Below, piece by piece: positions 49,201-61,363 of a DNA stretch of 64,000 nt; positions within the stretch are counted from its first letter, which is position 1, and each line of letters opens with the position of its first letter. The stretch lies in the NCBI GenBank assembly GCA_012026655.1, contig JAAILG010001033.1, positions 1-64,000 of the forward strand. The letters are read 5' to 3'. The notes below the pieces were generated by a model. The model saw only the letters and a program-made list of their open reading frames with translations, did not search any database and was not told the DNA's origin. The stretch comes from Hydrolagus affinis (lineage: Eukaryota). Made by a program: the position numbers and the translations under genes.

Positions 49201-51929
49201 TATTTCCTCTCAGTCATGCCATTGGGTTAGGGTTTAAAGTCATTCCGGACACAAGCAGTAACTTTTAGTTGATGGTTCATTTACTTGCAATACACTTGTA
49301 TGGATTCTTACTGGCAAATTATATTCTCGTTTATGCTGATTTGGTGCAATTTTTTTTATGAACAATTTCAAGCTGCTGTATGCAAGCTGGCATTCGACTT
49401 GCACTGTGTTGCAGCTTGCACAGAGTAAGTGATGTAGAGCCAGCAACAGAACTCTGGTCTGCTACATCACATCGACCAAATACAAACTGGGGCCTGTTGT
49501 AAAACTGCCCCATTAAAGCACTTAAATGGTAAATAAATCTCCAATAAATAAAAAAAACTATTTGTTAAGAAAGGTACATAATACTTTATTCATTCATGTC
49601 ATTTTGCAAACCTCATTGCTAAAAATCAGCTTATTGCTGTGACATCCATCCAGCTGTTAAAGCAGTACTTCTGCAGCTGAAATGATTGTTGTTTAACGTT
49701 GTGGTAATTCATTATCATATTACGTGGACTAACAATCAATACAGATGTTTTTAAAAGTAAAAAGAAAATTCTAAAGACATGATTGCTTTCATTTATGGTA
49801 ATACTTAACATGTGGCTTACATTTGGTAATTTGTTCTGTTACATGATTCAATACGTATAAAATGTAAATTCAATTAATTTACTTTGAAATTGATGATCTG
49901 TCCCCATTAACTTATGTTTGTAATGAATTCTGTTACATTAGTAAATAGACATGCCTGATTAATCATTAATCCATGTGTGCCCTTTACTTCCCAGTGCCCT
50001 GCTCTTGTTCATTCACTGTAGAGCATTGGCCAAATAGGCCAAGTGGAAGGTATACTCCTAGCTCCTGTTACGTTACATGATTCAAACTTTGGGAAAAGTA
50101 AAATGTGCAACAGCTTAATCTGTCAAAACTTGCGAACCATTTTCTCGTAGTTTTGGTTGTCAGCTCATCACATGGTGTGTAAGTCACTTGTTATAAATGT
50201 TACAGCCCCACAAGGCAGCAACGCTGAATATCTATAAACATCCGCAGAGGTGAAGAAAATGCTTAAAGCAATTATGTCTGCAAAATGTTGGTGGCTGTTA
50301 TCATATGTGTTTAGGCTGTCCCCACCATCTGTTCATTTTTATTACAGGGTCTTTGCAGAGTGGTCTTGTGCTGGAAATACTCCTGAACAGAAACAGCCCT
50401 AGTATTGGCAGAAGCATTTTTATAAATCTTAACAGTTTTAGTGGTAACTAACGGGATAAAGTGCAGGCTCCAAAACATACTTGACTCTGTGTGATTCCCA
50501 TTGAAAGTAGAGACAACAACTTGCCTTTACCTAGCACCTTCATGTAGCATAAGGTCTCAGAGTACTTCATGATGTAGTCATAGGACTTAGAGCAAGGAAG
50601 AAGGAAGAGAGGAAGGTTTTAAGGTGAGATTTGAAGATAGACAGTAAGGTATTGGTTTCACTAATATAAAAAACAGCTTTAATTCCTAATGTTACCCAGA
50701 CCAAAATGCTTCACTACTTGGCAACTTCCTTGCCAATTTTAATTGTTCAATTCTGATGGCAAGTCTACTGGTCAATGAGAGAGGAGACCATGGGATGTTA
50801 GACAGTAACATGTCAATTATGTTACTTGTCAATGTTAACTGATCAGTAGCTTCCACCATCCTTAAAATCACATGTTGGCATTAACTTAAAAAAAACTGAT
50901 GGATGCTTTTTCACAAACACTAATTAAATATAACCTTGCTGGAGTTCTTTTTCGCTTGACTCTTCTATTTGCACACTTAAGACAGAATGTTAAAAATGGT
51001 GATTCTAGCAGCCTTGTGCTAACTCGCAGCTGCTTTCACAGCCTGATTGATGGCTGCTAGTTCAACTGTTGCCAGACAGGTGAATTTCAGCAGCTGCTGT
51101 TTCTTCTGCATTTCAGTTAATTCTCAACGAAGCCACTAAGAGGAGTGCTTCCCAGATGTATGCAGTCTCAGGGGAGCACGGCTGACCTGGTTGCCTCAAA
51201 AAGCCCTGATTGTGGTCCAATTCAGCAACCTAAGCAGAGCATGGACTGGTCTGATAGTCAATGTCGAGGTGAGAGGCCCCATCACATTGTGGAGAAAGGG
51301 AGAGAATAATAACTATGCATGGCTTGAAGATCACCAGTGTAGTTCATAACTTATGAATGTAGCCACAGGGTTTTCATTAAGTGTTATACTTAGAAGAGAA
51401 ATGACCAAAGGCAGCATAACCCGGCAATTTTTTTTGGGGGGGAAGGGAATTGGGGGCTAGAGGAGAAGCAATAATTCTTAAGAATTTACTGTTCTGTAAT
51501 ACCAGACCAGAAATGGAAATAAAGTATTTAATCTCCAATGGATACTCCATGTTGAAATTAGTTTTGCTTAAACTTGCACCTAGAAAAAGTAGCAGGACAC
51601 TAAACACTGTATAGGATTTGTGATGTGAGGAGGCACACTGTACAAAGTGAACTTGTTCTAATTATTTTATAATATGCTCCAGGTTTCATTTGATTTTCGG
51701 CTAGTTGCTTCCCCACTTTAAGAACATTGCAAACTGCTGCTTATGCTCCCATTTCAATACATTGAGCACTGATCAACTTCAACTGGGATAAGAGTAGCCT
51801 GAAAATATAATGGAAATATAACTAAAAATCTGTAAATCAGGACCGAAAATGAGACTACCTCATAAACTGTAGGTAGGTCAAATAACCAATACAGAACAAT
51901 AATAATTGTTGCATTTAGTACCTGATCAT

Positions 51930-52155
51930 CTCATTGAACATGCCAAGCCGTTTCACAGCAATCTCTGGAACTCCTTTGCCTCTATCCCTCTGCCTCATCC
52001 TCTCGTTATTATCTTTAAATTACACCTTAAAATGTATCTATCTGCGTCTATAGTCATCTTCCTTCTCCCTTGCTTGGTGTTTAAACTAGCCACTGTGAAG
52101 CACTCAGATGTCATCCTATGTGAAGGGCACTATTTGAAATGCAAATTGTTGTGTG
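51930..52155 (+). mobile_element. Degraded L2 3' end
   Basis: ctctggaactcc (LWNS)...tttaaattacaccttaaaatgtatc (FKLHLK)...tgtgaagcactcagatg...aaatgcaaattgttg. Confidence 0.6.
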
Positions 52156-53879
52156 ACTATTTGTAGGTAATGTAGGCACTGAATGAGACACTGTATGGTG
52201 TTGAACTGCCAAATGTAGTTAGATTTAAGATGAGGGTTGCCTTTCTTGGAGTTGAATAGAAGTATTGTTGAAATCGATGAATGTGAAAATATATTACTTG
52301 GGTAGAAAAATAAATAGTATCCTCTGAAGTACTTGTGAACATGGAAACTAGTTCTGAAGAAACCTTGTGTTGCTTTATGTGTCTAATCACCAAAATTAAT
52401 TAGGCAAATTAATGATATTAGACTTCCATTCTCCGTGATGCATAATTCATATTAATCGATTGAACTGTTTCAAAAATACCTTTGAAAGAAAAATGATCCC
52501 ATTAGGATGAGTTTAATCCAAATCAGAGCAGAAGAAGCATAGCATTTCAAAACCTTACTGAGCCTTGTTAATTGTCATAAGCATTTTAAATTGATTATTC
52601 CTACATTAGCATGTGACATTTCATTTGTCAATGCTGTGTTCAGAAACAAATGTCTTTAATGGAAAAGCTGGGGGGGGTTGCATTCAGCACTTATATTGTC
52701 CCATTATAGCAAATGAGTAGCTGGAGGGGCAGTCAATGAGTACTCTTTTATTGGTTTACACTGGAAAAAATACAGTTTCCAATGTACTTTTATTATAAGT
52801 GGAAGAATTTAAAATATTATTCTCTGGTTTTCCTAAAGTCGATTGATATTGAGTCTGGGCTGCGAAAATAAGGGCACTTTAAAAGGATTGCATAATCCAC
52901 TGAAACTCACACCTGTCTATAAATCATTTATCTATGTTTATGGTCCCTTATTATGATGTGATAAAATGCATTGTTTTTTAGTTTAGGATTAATGGTCAAT
53001 GATAAAGCGTTCCTCGGCTTGTTGGAAAAAAAAGTTAGGATTATTAAAAAGTGTATCTTTTCAATTCTGAAGTCTACCTTTGGGAATAACCATGCAGCAT
53101 TGAATATGCTAAACAAATCTGCCAGTGAGCTCCTGGTATCGATTAAGGAAAATAGTTTAACTAGAGAATATAAAAGTTGGAAGTGGGACTTTTAGCAAAG
53201 CAACATTTTGCAATAATACTTCATTTAAACCTTCCATGTATCTTGTTTGATTTAAACATCATTGCATTTTACAGCCAAACTGCTTCAGGAAGTTGAACCT
53301 CGATTTTACCTAATGAAGTACTTGCTTCATTTCTCACCACACTTTCAAAGAGAAGAGTACCAGAATTATTTCGAAAATGTGACTCTTTCTGTGCAGAATT
53401 TATCTACTAATTGTAATATGCCCATTATCTCCCACCCCCACTACCCCATTGAAAGTTTTTGTTGCAATATTGTACAAAACTTCAATGCAATTTGCAGCCC
53501 CAATTGCATTACTTGAATTCAATGACATCAGATGCGGTGTTAGAACATTTCTTGTCTTGTTCCGCAACTTTAGATTTGCCAAAGGCCTGAAGCAAGATAA
53601 CTGTTTAATGGTAAGAATCAGTCCATGTATCTGTCACATTCACTCTTCACTGTCGAGCATACAGATTTATTATACTTTAATTGGTAGTAGTACATTCAAA
53701 ATCTGTCTGTAGTTTTTCCTCTTTCGGAAGAACTATATTTGCCAACAAATTACAAAATCACTATTCTTTACAGTAGATCTCAGGAAGCACTTTGAAATTC
53801 TTCCTGATATGAAAGGCATTGTATCAAATGTAAGAACCCGATTCCCAAGGGCGTCCAAACCTTACTCTGTACACCTCTG

Positions 53880-54104
53880 TTTACTGAGCAGTACATAGGA
53901 ACCCAGTTGTCAGACAATTGGCAGATCGCTTTCTAGGGTAATAATTCCTCAAAAAAAAACTCAATCCACAACTGTTCGTGAGAAATTGCTGTGCGCAATT
54001 TACTGCCGCATTTCACCTACAATTCATTTTACTATATATTCTGTGAAGCACTTTGAGACGTCTAACAACGTGATAAGGCACCACATCAAATGCAAGGATT
54101 ATTG
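53880..54104 (+). mobile_element. Degraded SINE (family A-like)
   Basis: ctcaatccacaactgttcgtgag...gctgtgcgcaatt...tgtgaagcactttgagacg...caaatgcaaggattatt. Confidence 0.7.
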
Positions 54105-54984
54105 GTTAAACCCTGGGGTTGGGCAATAGCTTCACTGATTTTGCTGATGTGATGAATCTTAGTAGTAATTTACCCTCAGCTAAGTACAGTGTGAATGAAT
54201 ATTCAACTAAATTGAAGCTTCAGATCTCTTTATGTAACCCAGCTGATGAGGCAGGTAGCAAAGCTGTTGCCAGTGACTCTTGGCACTGACCCAAGTAGCT
54301 GCATGATAATGACTTGATGGATGTTTGAGCTTTGCTGACATGTACAGGGACCAGTACAAGGAGACATGTGGAGTGGTATCCTGCTTAACTGATGGATAAT
54401 TAACTGTGGCGTGCATGTCTTACTTAAATTGCAACTGTACATTGTGTTGAAATTGGTGTGAATCGTTTGCTCACTTTTATTTTTACTGTCTTAAGTTACA
54501 AACAGTTCACAAAGCATGTGATTGACGCCCAGGTTCCAGTTGAGGTTTTCTTGCGTTGTATCTTGCTATCAAACCTTTTGCTGAGCTGATGTTTGTAATT
54601 CACAGGCTGGAAATCACAGAGGTTCCACTTAACAACAGACTGATTCTTGTGACTCTTATGCTATTTGGCTTCAATATGTCCTTCTATGTACCACCAAGAA
54701 CCGGAAGTGGTAAATAATTCCAAGTAAGTTACTCGAGCGGTACAGTACTTGGTTTCAATCCTATACTGTGGTTACACTCTTGCAATTCAAAAATATAATA
54801 ATCTTATATTCATTACTACGATAAATAGCTATTTGGCAACTGTCATTACAGTTAAGAAAAAACACACACTTGTGTACTGTAAGACCATGCCAATAATCAT
54901 TTTGAGCTCAGTATAAAAAGCCTCTGATGAACATTGAGTGTGTTTGAGTAAATGTGAATACAAATTATTTGAATCTTGTTGAAT

Positions 54985-55205
54985 TAGTGTTGCAAAGGGC
55001 AATTTTTAGACAGATACCAGTAAGTTTTTGTTTACACGGAGTGTAATTAATAACTTGAGCAGGTTGTCGGGAAGGATGGTTGAGACAGGCCACATTTAAA
55101 AAGCATCTTGATGCTGTGATGGGAGGATGGTGGGGTAGGTATTCTGGAGGGGAAGATCAATGGTCTGAAGAGTCATCTTCAACCAAACAGATCTTTTGAT
55201 CTTGC
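54985..55205 (+). mobile_element. CR1 3' end
   Basis: gcaaagggcaatttttagacagataccagtaagtttttgtttacac...gttgagacagg...cttgatgctgtg. Confidence 0.7.
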
Positions 55206-55294
55206 CATGGCACTGACTAGTTGGGCCAAATGGCTTATTTCAGCACCATATCACTCTATGTAACTGTAAATCTTATTAATGTGACATAACGGTG

Positions 55295-55700
55295 GAATAT
55301 TATGTGCAAGGTTGGGCACTACATCTTCAAAGATACATTGATGTATTGGAAGCAATTCAGAGAAGCAGCACATAGGTGAATCCAGGTCTCAAATGCTAAG
55401 TTAAGATGAATAAATGGAATTGAACTATTCTCCTCATAGAAAAGGAGATTGAGAGGGAACATGGTCCACATCCTTTAATGTTGATGTATCCATGTCCTGT
55501 GATCACAGGATCAGATAATACAAGCACAAAATTAACAGGCTTCAAACAAGAAGTAAACAGATACAATAGTTTTTTTTTCCCCTCGCTCCAAAGTAGTGCA
55601 TACTTGGAACATTACTGTATAAATATTTAATGCTAAGAGTTAAGTATTATAAAAATTAATTAGTCCCATATCTAGTAATGAATAGGATTGATAGACATAG
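55295..55700 (+). mobile_element. CR1 ORF2 fragment
   Basis: Reads VQGWALHLQRYIDVLEAIQRS...PGL...ELFS..KRRLRGNM with frameshifts. Confidence 0.8.
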
Positions 55701-56959
55701 GAATAAGTGTACAAATAGCTGATAGCATGTAGAGCGTGAGTATGGCTCCAGCGCCACTGGATCAGGGAAAAGTAAAACGGAGCTGCTCAGTGATGAATAC
55801 AACAAACTTTCATTATGATTTTGGTCAATCATCTTGAAGGGTTTATGAAGAGTGTTCAAGAAGAGTGTCACAGAAATGTCTCCCTTTGGAAGTTCGATGG
55901 TTATTCACCTCATTCGAGAGGGTACAGAAGTGAAAAGAGAGGGCATGATCACAATAAATGTCTGTTAAAAAGAGGCAGCTCTGTGGATAATAGTAGTCAA
56001 TTTGTATTCCATACTTGATGTTCCACTGCCATTGCAACTGCTCTACAGCAAAATAGCATGGACAGTGCTGTGAGACTACACGCTTGTCATGTGAGCTGAA
56101 GGTTCAAGTGGCTGAAAGCGATGTACCTTCAACAAGTGAGCATTGTGGAATCTGGTTAAATGTGTTAAGTGCTGCTATTTTCATTTTGTTTAGCATCTTT
56201 CTCTCCAAACCCAGATTGGCCGTCACTGTAAATTACCTCGTCAGCTCAGGATCCCAAATCCTTTCACACCAGAATTTCACCAGAAGGAACGTTTTTCTTC
56301 CCTGTCAGTGAATTGCTCAGAAAACGTTTGTACAGTACTTTGGTGCTGGATTGTCAAGCCAATGGTGTTAGTTCTTGAGAACAGTATACTCTTAACACTC
56401 ATGGATGCCCCTCAGCAACATAAAGTGCTCCAAGAAAGGCACAGGCGTACTTAAGAGCAAGGGATTTATTTTGCCTTGGATAAATACAATTGCATACATA
56501 CAATTAATGCCTATGTGTAGCTTCAATAGCTTAAAAATACTGTGTAAATTCCAGAAAGACTGAGCGACTGTAATAACTAAAAATTGTGTGTGTGGATAAA
56601 ATTGCAATGTCACTTAGAAGCAAATTCATCTACGAGGTCACCTGATTTCTAGCTAAACTGCTGTCTCCCATTTAAACTGCAATAAAAACCAATTAAGCTC
56701 ATTTACTGTTGCTGCACCTCTTAAAAGCTTCTTTTATGCTTGTTGTAGAGGAATAGGGAGTGAATACATTGAACACTATCACTATTTTAAATTGCAGAAA
56801 CAAGCCCACGAGCAGAGGCTTAAGCCAGCTGCTCTACACTAATTCATTAATCCTCCACTCCCCCAACCTGAGGCACTGTGACTTCCGTTCAACACAGCCC
56901 AACGCTGCCCCAGCAGCAAGCAGTCTGAGAAATCTACACTCAACCTGTCAACCGATGAT

Positions 56960-57230
56960 ATAAACGTGCAGAGATAAGGTGGAAGACGAAACACAACCGT
57001 GAATCCACCTGACTTGCAATGGAACACACAACCAATGGCTAGTCAAATCCCAGGATTCATTGTTGTTGCCAATGCGAAACATTCCCCCAAAGCATCTGCC
57101 AAACAGCTGCAAACAAATTCCTGTCCTGAACATGTGAAAGCCAGATGATGACAAAGAGCAAACCCCCACCCTCAGCAAAAAAAATCCTCTGTTATAAAAA
57201 GGAACTCTCCTCTGGTGAATGCCAGTGCTG
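56960..57230 (+). promoter_or_regulatory. Candidate TATA/Inr Pol II promoter
   Basis: TATAAAA at 57193-57199 lies 31 nt upstream of the A in Inr-like CCAGT (57224). Also CCCCACCC 57164, CCAAT 57032 and 57069, E-boxes 57093/57104/57131/57142, AGATAA 56972. A perfect donor follows. Confidence 0.5.
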
Positions 57231-57279
57231 AACTGAACAAGACTTACACGTGGAACGTGCAGTTTGAATACAGTGCATA

Positions 57280-57306
57280 ATGATGCAGACCTTTACCATT
57301 CAGCAG
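57280..57306 (+). CDS. Candidate coding part of first exon (exon about 57224-57306), MMQTFTIQQ
   Basis: First ATG after the predicted TSS, with A at -3. Ends in a consensus CAG|GTAAGT donor, phase 0. Confidence 0.33.
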
Positions 57307-57999
57307 GTAAGTATTGATTCTCCACTAATTATAAGTGATAAATTTTAATCTGTTCCTGTCCTGATTATTTCATGATGTATAGTATCTGCTTCGAATATGG
57401 AAATGCTGTGATGTTTTCCTTTTTGATCTGACCGAACGCTTATAAAAAATCATGACCATTCCACAAATAGGATGAACCATTGTGCTATCGATTGTACTGC
57501 AACATGTTGGGATATTGGCGTGGTCTTGCTGCAGTAAGGAGATCCAGCTTTGATTTTTTCCTCTCTCTCTTTGACTGTAATGCTCAGATCCTGATATCAG
57601 CTGCACAGTGTAGAGGGATGTATTACTCAGAGGCCACAGGTGGGATGAATATCTGAGTTGCCCCAGTGGCTTCTGCGCATCTTGCAGTGCTGTGGTGTGA
57701 TTGCAATAGTGGAGATCCACAGCTTCTCACCCACCCACTACCCTTCTCACGTTTCCCTTCAAGAGTCTCTTGGCCTGGAGAGGATGTCATAAAAGGAATT
57801 TGTGCACAGATAGAAATAACTAAACTCAACCAAAAAATCCCCCAAACTGGAACTTGATGAAGGTGTTCTGCTATCAATTAATGCATCTAACTGTTTTTCA
57901 TGACACTGTCTCTACGTTTCACATAGTGAGTAGACTGTGGGAATCAACAGTGTTTTTGTTGTGGTGACGTGTGTATGCCTGCTTCAGTCAAACCAACTG

Positions 58000-58007
58000 T
58001 GACGTCA
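58000..58007. promoter_or_regulatory. Full palindromic CRE
   Basis: GTGACGTCAC at 57999-58008. Confidence 0.45.
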
Positions 58008-58304
58008 CTTGGCTTACCAACTGCACCAGAGGTGCAAACACTGCGTGACAATAGGATATCATCATCCAGAAATAATACACTGATTAAGAATGCAAATTAT
58101 TTTTCATATTGTTTAGTTCCTGCCGTACATGAGATTTACAGGGCATTGACAAATAGCTGTAAAGTACACATTAAGCAGGAAAATCAAACTGAATTCCATG
58201 GGACACCAATTATATTCTATTCGAGAGGAGTGTAGGAGAAATATCCTACAGAGAGTGGTAAGAATATGGTATTCATTGCCCAAAGCTGTGATTGAAGTAA
58301 TCAT

Positions 58305-58515
58305 CTGAGTAGTGCCATGGGATATTTAATGTCCACCTGAACAGGCTAATGGAATCGCAAATTCATATCTAAATTGAAGGACAGCTGACAATGCAATCCC
58401 CCAGCACTGCATTGGAGTGTCAGCTTCGACTATGTATTCCAAGTCCTGTCATGGGGCTTGAACCCCCAACCTTCTGGTTTGGAGGTGAGAGTGCTACCAC
58501 TGAACTAGGCTGACA
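58305..58515 (-). mobile_element. Old Deu-domain SINE, family B, 5' half
   Basis: agtgccatgggatatttaatgtccacctgaacagg...ggggcttgaaccccc...gagtgctaccactgaactaggctgaca. Confidence 0.85.
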
Positions 58516-59085
58516 GCATCAGTATGAATGGATTACAGTAGTACTTCTCACTAGAATATAATGCTACATTATACAGATTGAAAGCTTAAACTGCAATGAT
58601 CTAGTGTACATTGCTGGGCTCCCAATGATATAAATCATGTGTTGTACTCAGTTTTGATATGTGTTACAGATAGAATTGATTGCATATGGTATGACAGAAA
58701 GATTACCTCAGTGAATATCAGGCCTTTATTGACATGCTGTCATTTTAGCTCCAAGAGTGATACCATTTGCAATTCTCCTTAAGTGGGATATATTCCCAAT
58801 TGTGTATCATTTCATTTTAGCCCAACGTTTACTGAATGTATTTTAAAACTCCTGGAAGGAAGACTAGTTGGTTTAAAAAAAGGAACCCTTGGCATTGATT
58901 CTGGTTGCATGCTTGCAATGAGGTCTACAAAGATATTGCCCAACAGACATGTTCACTCACCAAAATCACTTACTTCTTCAAAGTAGATAAATGGTGAGCA
59001 CTGTCATCTGTCACACCCCTAGGGAAACCAGTGAGGACTGAACTCTCTTTACAGCAAGAAGGATAAGAAACCCATGAGGGACAAC

Positions 59086-59093
59086 TGACGTCA
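59086..59093. promoter_or_regulatory. Full palindromic CRE
   Basis: CTGACGTCAG at 59085-59094. Confidence 0.35.
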
Positions 59094-59164
59094 GATTGCC
59101 AAACAATGGAATAAAGCAAGAAGTTCACAATGGGGTTTAGTTCCCCTCTAACTCATGTACCCAT

Positions 59165-59282
59165 AATCATAATGATAATAAATTGGTCACTCAATCCATG
59201 ACTGTTTGTGGGATACTTCTGTACGCAATTGGCTGACACGGTTCACCCACACAAAATATAGTGAATTCACTTTACGGTATAT
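59165..59282 (+). mobile_element. SINE family A internal fragment
   Basis: aaattggtcactcaatccatgactgtttgtggga...aattcactttacggtat. Confidence 0.8.
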
Positions 59283-59405
59283 GCCCATTTTGCAAATCTA
59301 TACTATTGTCCTCTTGTTAGCTGCCTCAGTGTGTTCAAAAATATTATTCTGAATTTACTTTCTTAATCTATTTATATCCCTCTATGCTTGAACTTATCTT
59401 ATTGT

Positions 59406-59754
59406 GGAGCTCCTGTGGCTCAATGGTTAGAGCACTTGTCTTGCAAGCTGGGGAGACCAAGCTGGGGAGACCTGTGTTCGAATCCAGGCAGCTCAGGGCG
59501 AAACCTTGGGCAAGTTTCCTTACTCCACATGCCTAATAATAATCCCTCCAAAAAAAAAACACAATAATAAAATTGGTCATTTCAATCCACAACTGTGTGT
59601 GGGACACTGCTGTGCGCAATTGGCTGCCGCAATTCGCCCACAAATATATACAGTCAATTCACCTTACAGTATATTCTGTGAAGTGCTTTGAGACGTTGAT
59701 AAGATGTGGAAAGCGCTATATCAAATGCAAGGATTATTATTATTATTATTATTA
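59406..59754 (+). mobile_element. SINE family A, full length, flanked by TTATTGT duplication
   Basis: Head, Deu core and long (TTA)n tail. Internal duplication of aagctggggagacc. TTATTGT at 59399-59405 and 59755-59761. Confidence 0.95.
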
Positions 59755-59848
59755 TTATTGTTAGTGCAGGTTACCCATTTGATGTGAACCATAACAATTG
59801 TCTGCCCTGTTTTGCTCACAAATTTACCGTCACTTCACTTTATATTAT

Positions 59849-59948
59849 NNNNNNNNNNNNNNNNNNNNNNNNNNNNNNNNNNNNNNNNNNNNNNNNNNNN
59901 NNNNNNNNNNNNNNNNNNNNNNNNNNNNNNNNNNNNNNNNNNNNNNNN
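59849..59948. other. Assembly gap (100 N) followed by a C run (59949-59977)
   Basis: Read directly from the sequence. Confidence 0.99.
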
Positions 59949-60577
59949 CCCCCCCCCCCCCCCCCCCCCCCCCCCCCACATACTTTCTCCATCGAGGTGT
60001 TTGGCAGGTGAAGGAAATTTCTTTTCTGAGGAATCCACAATGCCCATTGGAAGTTTAACCAATCTCAGGAATATGGAGTGCAAGACAGAGTTCAGAGATC
60101 AAGGGGGATGGGGAGAAATAAGTGAGGAAATCAATCTTTCTGTTCTATTCATTTGGACATGCTGGCTATGAACTTGCATCAAGCTTTTTTTTCAGATTTT
60201 TCCTTTCATATCTGTGGATTTGCTTTTATTCCATTCAAGAGGCGATATTCCCAGTAAACAACCGAGGAATAAATTAGATTCCGACCTCTGAGGTGGCAGA
60301 CTGATTGATCTTTAAGATTTGATAACTGAAGTTAGCTCTAGCTGAAGTCTCATTCAGTCTGTGTGAATCGATAACAGGCTTGTACGTAACCTTTTTTTTC
60401 TTGCTGCAGGCAGTTCCAAGCCACCTACCTCTGACATAATAACAGCTGCTAATTCTTCCTGTCAGTTTTACTTGAACACAGCTCTTTGTACTTGAGTACA
60501 ACATCCCCAGCTCAGTGCTTTTGTTTCCCAATCGTGTTATATTTGAAAGATTTCTGCATTTCTCTTTCTCTTAGCAG

Positions 60578-60769
60578 ATGTCCACTTTGGGATCTATGTT
60601 TAAAGCTTGCTTCACTGATCTCTACAGTAGAAGTGGAGAGCTGTACAAAACTGAGATTCAGCGTGAAAACTATGATTTTTCTCATCACTTTCTGGTGATT
60701 TGTTTGCCCAATTTCTTCTGTCTTTCCAGCCCCAGCCCCAGTCCCCCTCTGCCCCACAAATTTAAATAA
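60578..60769 (+). CDS. Candidate terminal exon of a 72-aa hypothetical peptide
   Basis: Strong NAGNAG acceptor ttctgcatttctctttctcttagcag|. Open in phase 0 (MSTLGSMFKACFTDLY...PHKFK*). AATAAA at 60789-60794. Confidence 0.3.
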   Translation: MSTLGSMFKACFTDLYSRSGELYKTEIQRENYDFSHHFLVICLPNFFCLSSPSPSPPLPHKFK

Positions 60770-60917
60770 TTTGGAAATTATTGGTGCCAATAAACCTATG
60801 TGTAAAATTTAATATTTCTGTCTGACTGTTTACCTTCAAGTCTGAGGTAGTTACTTGTTAGGTCAGGGTATGAAGGGATATGGGACGAAGGCAGGTAATT
60901 GTACTTGAATGTAATGC

Positions 60918-61287
60918 ATTCCTAACATCCAGGCTTGACTATGCAAACTCCTTGTTTGTCAGCTTCCCCAACTCCACCTTCTACTGCCTGCAGATCATCC
61001 AGAATTGTAGCCTGTGACCCCTCCCGCACTAGGCTTCGTGACCATATCACCCCTACCCTCTAGAACTCTATCCTGCAGTCCCTCCGCCTCGCCTCATCCC
61101 TTACCTCCTTCAAGATCCTCCTCTTTGTCTATGCTTTTGATCAAACTCCTCCCTCACCCTTGGCCCCCTGCCCTCCACTCTCCATAATCCCTACCCCCAG
61201 CTCAGGTCTGAAATACTGTCCGTTCAGTACCTTAGGACATCCTCCCACTATGAAAGGCGCTCCACAAATATACTTTTGTTGTTGTTG
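60918..61287 (+). mobile_element. Internally deleted L2 3' end
   Basis: Reads FLTSRLDYANSLFVSFPNSTFYCLQIIQN...RDHITPTL, joined to QSLRLASSLTSFK, then a UTR and (TTG)n tail. Confidence 0.88.
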
Positions 61288-61290
61288 AAG

Positions 61291-61363
61291 TACAGATCAG
61301 CCATGATCTGATAGAATGGCGGAACAGACACGAGGGCTGAAAGACCTTCTTCTGTTTCTATGT
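61291..61363 (+). mobile_element. Shark-type CR1 3' UTR tail
   Basis: gatcagccatgatctgatagaatggcggaacagacacgagggctgaaagacc...tttctatgt. Confidence 0.7.

Noticed and set aside
59706-60171. Poly-Pro and poly-Gly ORFs
   Set aside because: Artefacts of the N gap and the adjacent C run.
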